DNA from: Bacillales bacterium UBA2753
GTDB lineage: Bacteria; Bacillota_I; Bacilli_A; RFN20; CAG-826
Reading direction: 5' to 3'
NCBI GenBank assembly: GCA_002353275.1
Contig: DEJH01000026.1
Span: 4,122-68,121, forward strand
Length of the DNA stretch: 64,000 nucleotides
Below are positions 9,807-17,983 of the stretch, in pieces. The notes under the pieces were generated by a model, which did no database searches, was not told where the DNA came from, and saw only the letters and a list, made by a program, of their open reading frames with translations. A program made the translations under genes and the position numbers. Numbering within the stretch: position 1 is the first letter of the stretch; every line of letters begins with the position of its first letter.

Positions 9807-11021
9807 ATGAAGGTCCCTTTTGAAAAAGTATTAGAAAAAGCTGAATCCTATAAAAAGGATATGACAAAATTCCTCAGAGATATGATTCGTATCCCAAGCG
9901 AATCTTGTGAGGAAAAAGAAGTCGTTCTTCGTATTAAAGAAGAAATGGAAAAAGTCGGATTTGATAAAGTGGTCATCGATCCAATGGGAAACATCCTCGG
10001 ATATATTGGACATGGTAAACACTTAATCGGTATGGATGCCCATATCGACACTGTCGGTATTGGTGAAATCAAAAACTGGACATTTGATCCATATGAAGGA
10101 TTTGAAGATGATGTTCATATCGGTGGTCGTGGTGCTTCTGACCAAGAAGGTGGTATGGCCTCAATGGTTTACGCCGCTAAAATCATTAAAGATTTAGGCT
10201 TAGAAGATGATTACACTTTAGTGATTACTGGTACTGTCCAAGAAGAAGACTGCGATGGTCTTTGCTGGCAATACATCATTGAAGAAGATAAAATTAGACC
10301 AGAATTTGTGGTTTCCACTGAACCAACAAGCTGCAGAATCTATCGTGGACATAGAGGAAGAATGGAAATCAAAGTTTCCGTTAGAGGTATTTCATGTCAT
10401 GGTTCCGCTCCTGAAAGAGGAGATAATGCCATCTATAAAATGGCTCCAATCATTGAACAAGTTAAGGAACTCAATGAACATGGCTTAGCCTATGACCCAT
10501 TTCTTGGAAAAGGAACAGTCACTATTAGCCAAATCTTCCATAAGTCACCATCTAGATGCGCAGTTGCTGATGGCTGCTGGATTTCTTTAGATAGAAGATT
10601 AACTGTTGGTGAAAACGATAAGACTTCTATTGCTGAAATTGAAGCTCTTCCAGGAGTTAAAGCAGCAAAAGCAAAAGTTGAAATGTATCGCTATGAAAGA
10701 CCAAGCTATACTGGATTACTTTATCCAACTGAATGTTATTTCCCAACCTGGGTTATTCCTGAAGAAAGTGTCTTTGTTCAATCAATGAAACAAGGCTATG
10801 AAGGATTATTCAAAAAAGCCCCAGTCATTGATAAATGGACATTCTCCACTAATGGTGTTTCGATTATGGGAAGATATGGAATCCCATGCATCGGATTTGG
10901 TCCTGGTGATGAAAAAGAAGCTCATGCACCAAATGAAAAGACTAGAAAAGAAGATCTCGTCATCTGTGCGGCAATGTATGCTGTTTTACCAGGCTTATAT
11001 TTAGAAAATCTTAAAAAATAA
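9807..11021 (+). CDS. ygeY: YgeY-like M20-family hydrolase
   Basis: 404-aa ORF with the [14 protein letters not shown]-terminus and M20 metal motifs ([14 protein letters not shown]). It lies between PLP enzymes and the YgeW-like gene, as in ygeW-ygeY regions. Confidence 0.75.
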   Translation: MKVPFEKVLEKAESYKKDMTKFLRDMIRIPSESCEEKEVVLRIKEEMEKVGFDKVVIDPMGNILGYIGHGKHLIGMDAHIDTVGIGEIKNWTFDPYEGFEDDVHIGGRGASDQEGGMASMVYAAKIIKDLGLEDDYTLVITGTVQEEDCDGLCWQYIIEEDKIRPEFVVSTEPTSCRIYRGHRGRMEIKVSVRGISCHGSAPERGDNAIYKMAPIIEQVKELNEHGLAYDPFLGKGTVTISQIFHKSPSRCAVADGCWISLDRRLTVGENDKTSIAEIEALPGVKAAKAKVEMYRYERPSYTGLLYPTECYFPTWVIPEESVFVQSMKQGYEGLFKKAPVIDKWTFSTNGVSIMGRYGIPCIGFGPGDEKEAHAPNEKTRKEDLVICAAMYAVLPGLYLENLKK

Positions 11022-11039
11022 GGAGATAAATAATTAATT

Positions 11040-12050
11040 ATGGAAAAGATTCAACCAAGATTCGCTGGACGTCACTTAATTACATTAGAAGATTTCACCA
11101 AAGAAGAAATCGACTATATGCTCAAAGTGAGCCGTGAATTAAAAGATGCCTTCTACGCAAATGAACAAACTGATTGGTTAACAAACAAAACCGGATTCTT
11201 AATGTTCTTTGAACAATCCACCAGAACCCGTAACTCATTTGAAAGTGGTATGGCTCAACTCGGAGGTCACGCAACCTTCTTAGACACCTCAATGATGCAA
11301 ATCGCTCATGGAGAAAGTGCGAAAGATACCGCTGTTATTCTCTCAAGCTTCGGTCATATGATCGCTTGTAGATATTGTAACTGGGGACTCGGAAACAAAT
11401 ATATTCGTGAAATGGCGAAATATTCAACCGTCCCAATCATCAACTTACAATGTGACTTATATCACCCAATGCAAGCTTTAGCAGACTTAATGACCATCGA
11501 AGATGAGTTTGGACACACTGAACACTTAAAAGTTTCTGTTATTTGGGCAATGGCCACAACTCATAAGAAACCAATTTCTGTTCCAGTTTCTCAAGTCCTC
11601 CTCTTCCCAAGATATGGCATTGATGTCACTCTTGCTTATCCAGAAGGATATGATTTACCAGACTGGGTTATCGAAAAAGCCCGTAAGAACGCTGCTGAAC
11701 ATGGTGGTAGCTTAACTATCACACATGATATGGACGCTGCTTATAAAGATGCTGATGTTGTCTTCCCTAAAAACTGGGGTAGCTGGGTTACTAACCAATC
11801 CACAACTGTTGTCGATGATGCTTTACTTGCTTTAAAAGCATGGAAATGTACCCCAGAAAAGATGAAGCTTGCTAAACCAACATGTAGATATATGCACGCT
11901 CTTCCAGCTGATAGAGTTAACGAAGTCGTTGATGAAGTTATCGACGGACCACAATCAGTCGTCTATGAAGAAGCTGAAAATAGAATTCATACCGCTAAAG
12001 CTGTCATGGCCTTATTCGTCCACGACAAACTTCCAAGTGATAGAAGATAA
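11040..12050 (+). CDS. ygeW: YgeW-like carbamoyltransferase (ATCase/OTCase superfamily)
   Basis: STRTR carbamoyl-phosphate motif, HPMQ, and HALP. Confidence 0.7.
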   Translation: MEKIQPRFAGRHLITLEDFTKEEIDYMLKVSRELKDAFYANEQTDWLTNKTGFLMFFEQSTRTRNSFESGMAQLGGHATFLDTSMMQIAHGESAKDTAVILSSFGHMIACRYCNWGLGNKYIREMAKYSTVPIINLQCDLYHPMQALADLMTIEDEFGHTEHLKVSVIWAMATTHKKPISVPVSQVLLFPRYGIDVTLAYPEGYDLPDWVIEKARKNAAEHGGSLTITHDMDAAYKDADVVFPKNWGSWVTNQSTTVVDDALLALKAWKCTPEKMKLAKPTCRYMHALPADRVNEVVDEVIDGPQSVVYEEAENRIHTAKAVMALFVHDKLPSDRR

Positions 12051-12072
12051 TTCAAAACTAAATTAAAAGACT

Positions 12073-12102
12073 AGTGGAGTTATTTAATTCCACTTTTCTT
12101 TT
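12073..12102 (+). terminator. intrinsic terminator ending the purine island
   Basis: AGTGGA-loop-TCCACT hairpin followed by TTTCTTTT. Confidence 0.7.
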
Positions 12103-12127
12103 GATATAAAAGAGAAGAACATGATTA

Positions 12128-12155
12128 TAAAAAAGAGGTGTTTATTTAAACACCT
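12128..12155 (-). terminator. intrinsic terminator of the fatty-acid operon
   Basis: AGGTGTTT/AAACACCT stem (it contains the stop codon) followed on the minus strand by a T-run. Confidence 0.7.
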
Positions 12156-13485
12156 ACTTCTTTTCATCGATTCCAAGTTCTTTTCCTTCGTACATGTAAT
12201 CAAACCATGGGAAGTTTTTGAACTTGTTAACGTGTAATCTATGCATCTCTTCAGTTAACATGATGATCTTACCTACACAACGGTAGTCTGGATAGAAATC
12301 ATGGTATTCTTCGTTGATGTATAGGGAGAAGATTGACAAATCAACAGTCATTGGATAAGTCCAAACGGTTTTGTAATCTAAATCAAAGTTAAATGTTTCA
12401 CCGTTTTTTTGACCTCTGAAGTGAACACCCTTGTGGTCAATCGTGTAGATACCTTCTCCAACAATTTCGGTAGTGCCAACTTCTTTCTTCACTAAGTGGT
12501 CTTTTGGAAGAATGCCAACTTTACACTTAACTGAGAAAGAATAGTTTGGATCTTTTCTGATTTCATCAATGATTGCTTGTCTTTCTAAATGCGCCCAAGC
12601 AGATGGAGTTTCTGGGATAACGCAGTCTTTATTAAATGGATGGAAATCGTAATAGTCATCCATCGTAGCACCGTTTCCACAAGCTTCACATTTGATGTAA
12701 TCTTTTTCAGATTTCATCTTGAATTCCGCGCCACACTTAGGACATTTATAGTTGATATCGCTTAAGTTAGTGCATATTAAACCTTTAGAGTCGTATTTGA
12801 TGTGTTGCTTCTTATTCCATTCATAGTCATCATGATGGAATTCTTTATTGATTATATCTTCGATTTCTTCAGCGGATAATTTTTGTAAATCTTCTTTTGT
12901 AAATAAGAGCTTCACTTGACCGAAGACTTTGCCAATACGGTCTTGTTCACTGACTTTGTTATTAGTGAGGTAGCTTCCTTGAAGCGCCATACAGTAAACA
13001 GGGATGTTAAATGCTTTTAAGAATCTTCCGGTTCCTGGAACGATTGGTTGGTTATCGCCAAAGATGGAGCTTGTTCCTTCTGGAGAGAAGGCGACACATC
13101 CACCTTGTTTGATAATGTCTCTCATCGCTCTTACGCCCGCCATATCATTGCAGAACACTTTTTTAGGAAGAATTCTTGCCATTTTGAATGGCCATGATAA
13201 GTGAGATCTAAAAAATGAGTTATATTCGCAGACGATTGATAATCTTCTTGGCCACGCTGCCGTGGTTAAGAAGGTATGGTCTCTTCTTGATTGGTGATTC
13301 CAAATTAAGAAACACGGACCCTTACAATCACTAATTTTATCTTTGACTTCAAGATGAGGGTGATACTTGCCACCTAATAGTGGAGTAAGTCCAACGAAAT
13401 AATAAATCCAGTAAATAAATGGATTTGGTATTTTATATTTTCGATGGAGAAGTTCGTCTTGAAGATTTCTTTCTTTTTTTGCCAT
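12154..13485 (-). CDS. PlsC-family lysophospholipid/glycerol-3-phosphate acyltransferase with internal zinc ribbon
   Basis: HX4D motif NHQSRRD and a CPKCG...CEACG ribbon. Start moved to ATG 13485 (MAKKERN), 1 nt after the degV stop. The TTG at 13512 lacks proper SD spacing. Confidence 0.7.
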   Translation of the reverse strand: MAKKERNLQDELLHRKYKIPNPFIYWIYYFVGLTPLLGGKYHPHLEVKDKISDCKGPCFLIWNHQSRRDHTFLTTAAWPRRLSIVCEYNSFFRSHLSWPFKMARILPKKVFCNDMAGVRAMRDIIKQGGCVAFSPEGTSSIFGDNQPIVPGTGRFLKAFNIPVYCMALQGSYLTNNKVSEQDRIGKVFGQVKLLFTKEDLQKLSAEEIEDIINKEFHHDDYEWNKKQHIKYDSKGLICTNLSDINYKCPKCGAEFKMKSEKDYIKCEACGNGATMDDYYDFHPFNKDCVIPETPSAWAHLERQAIIDEIRKDPNYSFSVKCKVGILPKDHLVKKEVGTTEIVGEGIYTIDHKGVHFRGQKNGETFNFDLDYKTVWTYPMTVDLSIFSLYINEEYHDFYPDYRCVGKIIMLTEEMHRLHVNKFKNFPWFDYMYEGKELGIDEKK

Positions 13486-13486
13486 A

Positions 13487-14362
13487 TTAACGTTCTTTGG
13501 CGTGGAAGCCAATTCCTAAAACGTCTGGTCCGCAGTGGCAGCCTGCAGTTGGGTTAACATCGACTACGATATATTTAATATCATCACCAAATTGCTTTTT
13601 AAGCATTGCATCAAATTCTTTAACGAGTTGTGGTGCATCTGCGTGAGCAATAACGATTGGATAATCTTTAATATGATCTTCTTTAGAAACGACGTAAGAC
13701 ATAATCTTCTCAAGAGCTTTCTTACGGTTACCAATTGCTTTATCGATGGAGACCATTTTTCCTTCGTTAGAAATATGAATAATTGGTTTAATGCCAATCA
13801 TTCCACCCATGAAACCCGCAAAACCTGAGACTCTTCCACTCTTAGCGAAGAATTTTAAGTTATCAGCGAAGAAATACGCTGCTGAATGAGGAATGATTTC
13901 TTTACTGGCTTCAACGATTTCATCAATGGATTTACCTTGTTTATAAAGTTCACCGATTCGAACACATGATAAAAAAGAACAAATAGTAATTCCTTTCGTG
14001 TCGATTAATTGAATTCGTCTACCTGGGTATTGTTCTAAGAGCTTCTTAATAGCCGCATCACAGCTATTGAAGGTGGCACTCATTTCTCTAGAGAAGTGAA
14101 CATAAAGAATATCGTTACCTTCTTTTAAGACTGGTTCGAAATAATTAATATATTCGCTTTCGTTAAGCGCCATAGTGGATTGTTCTGCATCCCCTTTTCT
14201 AAGGATGTTATAGAATTCTTGAGCGTCAAATTTTTCCCAGTCCTTATATGGAAAAATTTCTTCTCCTTTAATTGAATATGGCATGCTGATAAGTTCAGCG
14301 CCGTATTGTCTAGCAATTTCTAAAGTGATATCGCAATCACTATCAAAAAATAATTTATACAT
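13487..14362 (-). CDS. DegV-family fatty-acid-binding protein (FakB-type)
   Basis: 291-aa ORF with a typical DegV N-terminus (LFFDSDCDIT). AAGGAAG SD. Confidence 0.85.
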   Translation of the reverse strand: MYKLFFDSDCDITLEIARQYGAELISMPYSIKGEEIFPYKDWEKFDAQEFYNILRKGDAEQSTMALNESEYINYFEPVLKEGNDILYVHFSREMSATFNSCDAAIKKLLEQYPGRRIQLIDTKGITICSFLSCVRIGELYKQGKSIDEIVEASKEIIPHSAAYFFADNLKFFAKSGRVSGFAGFMGGMIGIKPIIHISNEGKMVSIDKAIGNRKKALEKIMSYVVSKEDHIKDYPIVIAHADAPQLVKEFDAMLKKQFGDDIKYIVVDVNPTAGCHCGPDVLGIGFHAKER

Positions 14363-14376
14363 TAATGTTTTCTTCC

Positions 14377-14604
14377 TTATTTTTTAGCGTTTTTCTCTAA
14401 ATAGTCTAAGACATCTTGAACGGTTTTAAATGTCACTGGAGCGTCAAAGACGACACCGAATTCATCTTCGATAGACATTGATAACATCATCATACCGATG
14501 CTATCCATTCCTAAGTCTTCGATTAAGCGGCTTTCTGGTTTAGCGCCACTAACATCTTTTTCTGGTAAATTTTCTTGGATGAGTTTTATTAATCTTTCAA
14601 ACAT
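14377..14604 (-). CDS. acpP: acyl carrier protein
   Basis: 75 aa with the LGMDSIG phosphopantetheine attachment motif. Confidence 0.9.
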   Translation of the reverse strand: MFERLIKLIQENLPEKDVSGAKPESRLIEDLGMDSIGMMMLSMSIEDEFGVVFDAPVTFKTVQDVLDYLEKNAKK

Positions 14605-14617
14605 TGTTTTTTCTCCT

Positions 14618-15580
14618 TTATTCGTAGAATGTTTTATTGTTCACAATATTAACTAATATTTTAGCGGTATTTTTAATTGCCATAGCTCCGCTAGATCCAC
14701 GGCATTTCATCACATATTTTCTTGCTCCGAGCATAATTCCTGCTCCTAATGATTCAAAGTCATATGTTTTCATGATGTAACCAGCGATTTGTTTGGTGAT
14801 TTCTTCATTGCCTGTTTTCTTACCGAATTTGATAATTTCAGTAATGAGATTAACCGCCATACCTTCTGAGTTTTTAAGAACTTGGTTTCCAGCAAATCCT
14901 TCAGCGACAAGAACATCACACATTCCGCTAAGGGCCTTGCTTCCTTCGATATTGCCAACGAAGTTAATTCCTTCTTCTTTAGCGAGTAATGGATAAGTTT
15001 CTTTCACCAAATGATTTCCTTTAGTTGGCTCACTTCCATTTGATAGAAGTCCGACTCTAGGAGATTCAATACGATATAGCTTTCTCATAAAGTCAGTTCC
15101 TAAATGAGCGAATTCCACAAGTTGAGTTGCGCCACAATCAATTGAAGCACCTGTATCAACTAAACAAGTAAATCCATGTTGCATATTTGGAAGAATTGCC
15201 GCTAAAGCAGGGCGTTGTCTTTTTTCATTAAGTAGATAACGTAATGTTCCTACTAGAAGAGCTCCTGTATTGCCTGCGGAAATAATGCCAATTGCTTGAC
15301 TATCCTTAGAACATTCTTCAACTGCTTTAAAGACCGAAACAGAGGCTTTCTTATTGTAAAATGCTTCAACTGGACTGTCATAGTTAGTGACAGTTTCAGG
15401 AGCGTGAATGATCTTAATTCTTTCACTTGGAAGATTAGCGGCTTTAATTACATTTTCATCACCGACTAGAGTGACATCGATATTTTCAAACTCTTCTAAT
15501 ACGAGTTTAGCGCCTTCTAAAATTGCTTCAGGACCTTTATCGCTTCCAAGGGTATCAATTACGATATGATATCTTTCCAT
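14618..15580 (-). CDS. plsX: phosphate acyltransferase PlsX
   Basis: 320 aa with the IVIDTLGSDKGPE N-terminus typical of PlsX. Confidence 0.9.
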   Translation of the reverse strand: MERYHIVIDTLGSDKGPEAILEGAKLVLEEFENIDVTLVGDENVIKAANLPSERIKIIHAPETVTNYDSPVEAFYNKKASVSVFKAVEECSKDSQAIGIISAGNTGALLVGTLRYLLNEKRQRPALAAILPNMQHGFTCLVDTGASIDCGATQLVEFAHLGTDFMRKLYRIESPRVGLLSNGSEPTKGNHLVKETYPLLAKEEGINFVGNIEGSKALSGMCDVLVAEGFAGNQVLKNSEGMAVNLITEIIKFGKKTGNEEITKQIAGYIMKTYDFESLGAGIMLGARKYVMKCRGSSGAMAIKNTAKILVNIVNNKTFYE

Positions 15581-15589
15581 AAGTTCTCC

Positions 15590-17248
15590 TTAATATATAC
15601 CGATTAATAAATCGTAGACATCTTGTTTGCCATTAATTAATGTGACTTCAAGATTTGGATAGGTTTCATTAATTGCGCTAGCGAGCTCTAAAGCTGCTTC
15701 TTCTTCAACCATTTGTCCATAGATGATGTAGACGATTTCTCTTTCTTTAATATCTGGAACTTTAGCGAGTAAACGAAGTGTCGCTGCCGTTCTTCTAGGA
15801 GCGTAGGCAAGTAATTTATGATTTTTACTTCCAACATAGCTTCCTTTAGGAGCGACTTTGCCATTGATCTTAGCGTCTTTTCCAGATTTGAAAACGATTA
15901 ATGGGAGGACACTTTCTGCACCCATTTTGAGGTTTTCATATACTTCTTCACCATTTTGTTCATCACCTAAGTGCATATTTAATGCAGAATAACCTTCTTG
16001 AAGGTTGTGAGTAGGGACAACGTAGACTTTGCTCTCTTTAAAGAGTTCTGCTGCTTGCTCAGCAGCTTTAATCATATTGGTTTCATTTGGAAGAAGGATG
16101 ATTTCGTCAGCGTTAACATATTTGAAAGCATCAATCATTTCAGCGACAGAAGTATTCATGGTGGTGCCACCATTGATAACCATGTCGGTGTGGAGTTGGT
16201 TTTGGAATAAATCAATAATTCCATCTCCTTGAGCAATTGCGACAACTGCAAACTTCTTTCTTTCTTGTTGACGTTTTTTATCTTCTTCAAGTAATGAATT
16301 ATGTTGTAAGGCCATGTTTTCCATTTTAAAGGAAACAAATTCGCCAAATTTTTGAGCGTATTCAATTACTTCGTATGGTTTTTTAGTGTGAATGTGGACT
16401 TTAACGATAGTGCCAGTTTGGAAGCAGACTAAGGATTCTCCGTGATTTAACATCCATTTAGTGAATTCATCGATATCAAATTCTGCGATATTGATTTTAC
16501 TCACTAATAGTTGGAGCAAGAATTCAGTGCAATAACCGAATTCGAGAACGCTATTTTCGTTAAATGCAGAGTAGTCAATTGATGACTTACTTTCATTATT
16601 TTTATTTAATTCTTCACCTTCCACTGTAATCTCTTGTCCAGTGACAAAAGCTAAGAATCCCTCATAAATGGTAAGTAATCCCTTTCCACCAGAGTCAACC
16701 ACTCCGTTTTCTTTTAAAACAGGTAAAAGATTTGGAGTGTTATCTAAAGAGACTCTCATGAAGTTAACCACTTTTGTGAAGAAGCTATCGAATGTATCTT
16801 CTTCTCTTATAGATGGGATTGCTTCTTCAATAGATTCTCTAGCAACGGTGAGAATAGTGCCTTCGGCAACGTCCGCGCAGGCTTTATATGCGTTTTTATA
16901 AGCAGCGACCATCGCGTCTTTAAAGTCACTAACAGTGATTTCTTTCTTTCCTTTAACAGAATCAGCAAACCCACGGAAATATTGACTAGTTAAAACACCA
17001 GAATTACCTCTAGCTCCAAAAAGCATTCCTCTAGCGAATTCATCAGCGATGATATGAACTGGTGCGTTTTCATCACTTATGGTTTTTAGACCATTTTGAT
17101 AGGTGAGTTTCATGTTTGTGCCTGTATCTCCATCTGGAACAGGAAAAACATTCAAATCATTAATGATTTTGAGATGGGCTAATAAATTTTTATATCCATA
17201 TTCGAGCAGTTCATTAAATGTTGAACCGTTCATTTTATTTGTGTTCAT
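15590..17248 (-). CDS. fakA: DAK2-domain fusion protein YloV / fatty acid kinase FakA
   Basis: 552 aa with the DGDTGTNM Dak2 motif. Its position directly upstream of plsX matches the Bacilli arrangement. Confidence 0.85.
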   Translation of the reverse strand: MNTNKMNGSTFNELLEYGYKNLLAHLKIINDLNVFPVPDGDTGTNMKLTYQNGLKTISDENAPVHIIADEFARGMLFGARGNSGVLTSQYFRGFADSVKGKKEITVSDFKDAMVAAYKNAYKACADVAEGTILTVARESIEEAIPSIREEDTFDSFFTKVVNFMRVSLDNTPNLLPVLKENGVVDSGGKGLLTIYEGFLAFVTGQEITVEGEELNKNNESKSSIDYSAFNENSVLEFGYCTEFLLQLLVSKINIAEFDIDEFTKWMLNHGESLVCFQTGTIVKVHIHTKKPYEVIEYAQKFGEFVSFKMENMALQHNSLLEEDKKRQQERKKFAVVAIAQGDGIIDLFQNQLHTDMVINGGTTMNTSVAEMIDAFKYVNADEIILLPNETNMIKAAEQAAELFKESKVYVVPTHNLQEGYSALNMHLGDEQNGEEVYENLKMGAESVLPLIVFKSGKDAKINGKVAPKGSYVGSKNHKLLAYAPRRTAATLRLLAKVPDIKEREIVYIIYGQMVEEEAALELASAINETYPNLEVTLINGKQDVYDLLIGIY

Positions 17249-17299
17249 TTTAAAATCTCCTTTATTACCTTTAGTTAACTAAAAATATTAAATGGGATT

Positions 17300-17977
17300 C
17301 TATTCTAATTTTTTGATGGTTTTATTAGCTTGATTAGTATTCCAGAAGAAATACACAATTGAAGATATAACTGCAACGATAATCATCACAGGCAAAATAT
17401 TGAAGTGACGATTAACTTCGTTAGTGGTGTCTTTATAAATTAAATAAGCGGCAATAGAAATTGAAAGATATATATATAGGTATTTGATATAGAGATCATC
17501 TTTCTTTTTGGTCCAAGAATAACCAGTATATAAAAGTAAACCAGTCATTACAAAATATGGAGCGTTTCTCATGAGGGTCATGAAGATGTTATTTTGGAAG
17601 AATGAATCATCCACTAAAGAAATGACAATCTTAAGGACCGCTAAAGAATAAATCGCAATGTCTAAAGAGGCACTGTTCTTATTTTGATATTTGATTTTGT
17701 ATAACCAATAAAAGAAAACAAATAGCAAAGTAAAAATAATCGAGGTGACAAATTGTCCAACTCCAAAATATTCATATAAATCAATTAAAGATACTCCAAC
17801 ATTTTTTAATAGTTTAGGAACTAAGCGGAATCCTTCTCCAATAGAGATTGAAAAGCCTAATAAACCTAAAGCGATATAATTCAATCTCTTATGCGATTTT
17901 CCAATTAAAAATAATGAGAAAATAATTCCTGATAGGAGAAATGCTAAATCTAATATTGATTCAAACATGGGTGTCAT
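17300..17977 (-). CDS. polytopic membrane protein of unknown function
   Basis: 225-aa ORF with about 6-7 hydrophobic segments. No family recognised. Confidence 0.5.
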   Translation of the reverse strand: MTPMFESILDLAFLLSGIIFSLFLIGKSHKRLNYIALGLLGFSISIGEGFRLVPKLLKNVGVSLIDLYEYFGVGQFVTSIIFTLLFVFFYWLYKIKYQNKNSASLDIAIYSLAVLKIVISLVDDSFFQNNIFMTLMRNAPYFVMTGLLLYTGYSWTKKKDDLYIKYLYIYLSISIAAYLIYKDTTNEVNRHFNILPVMIIVAVISSIVYFFWNTNQANKTIKKLE

Positions 17978-17983
17978 ATTTGA

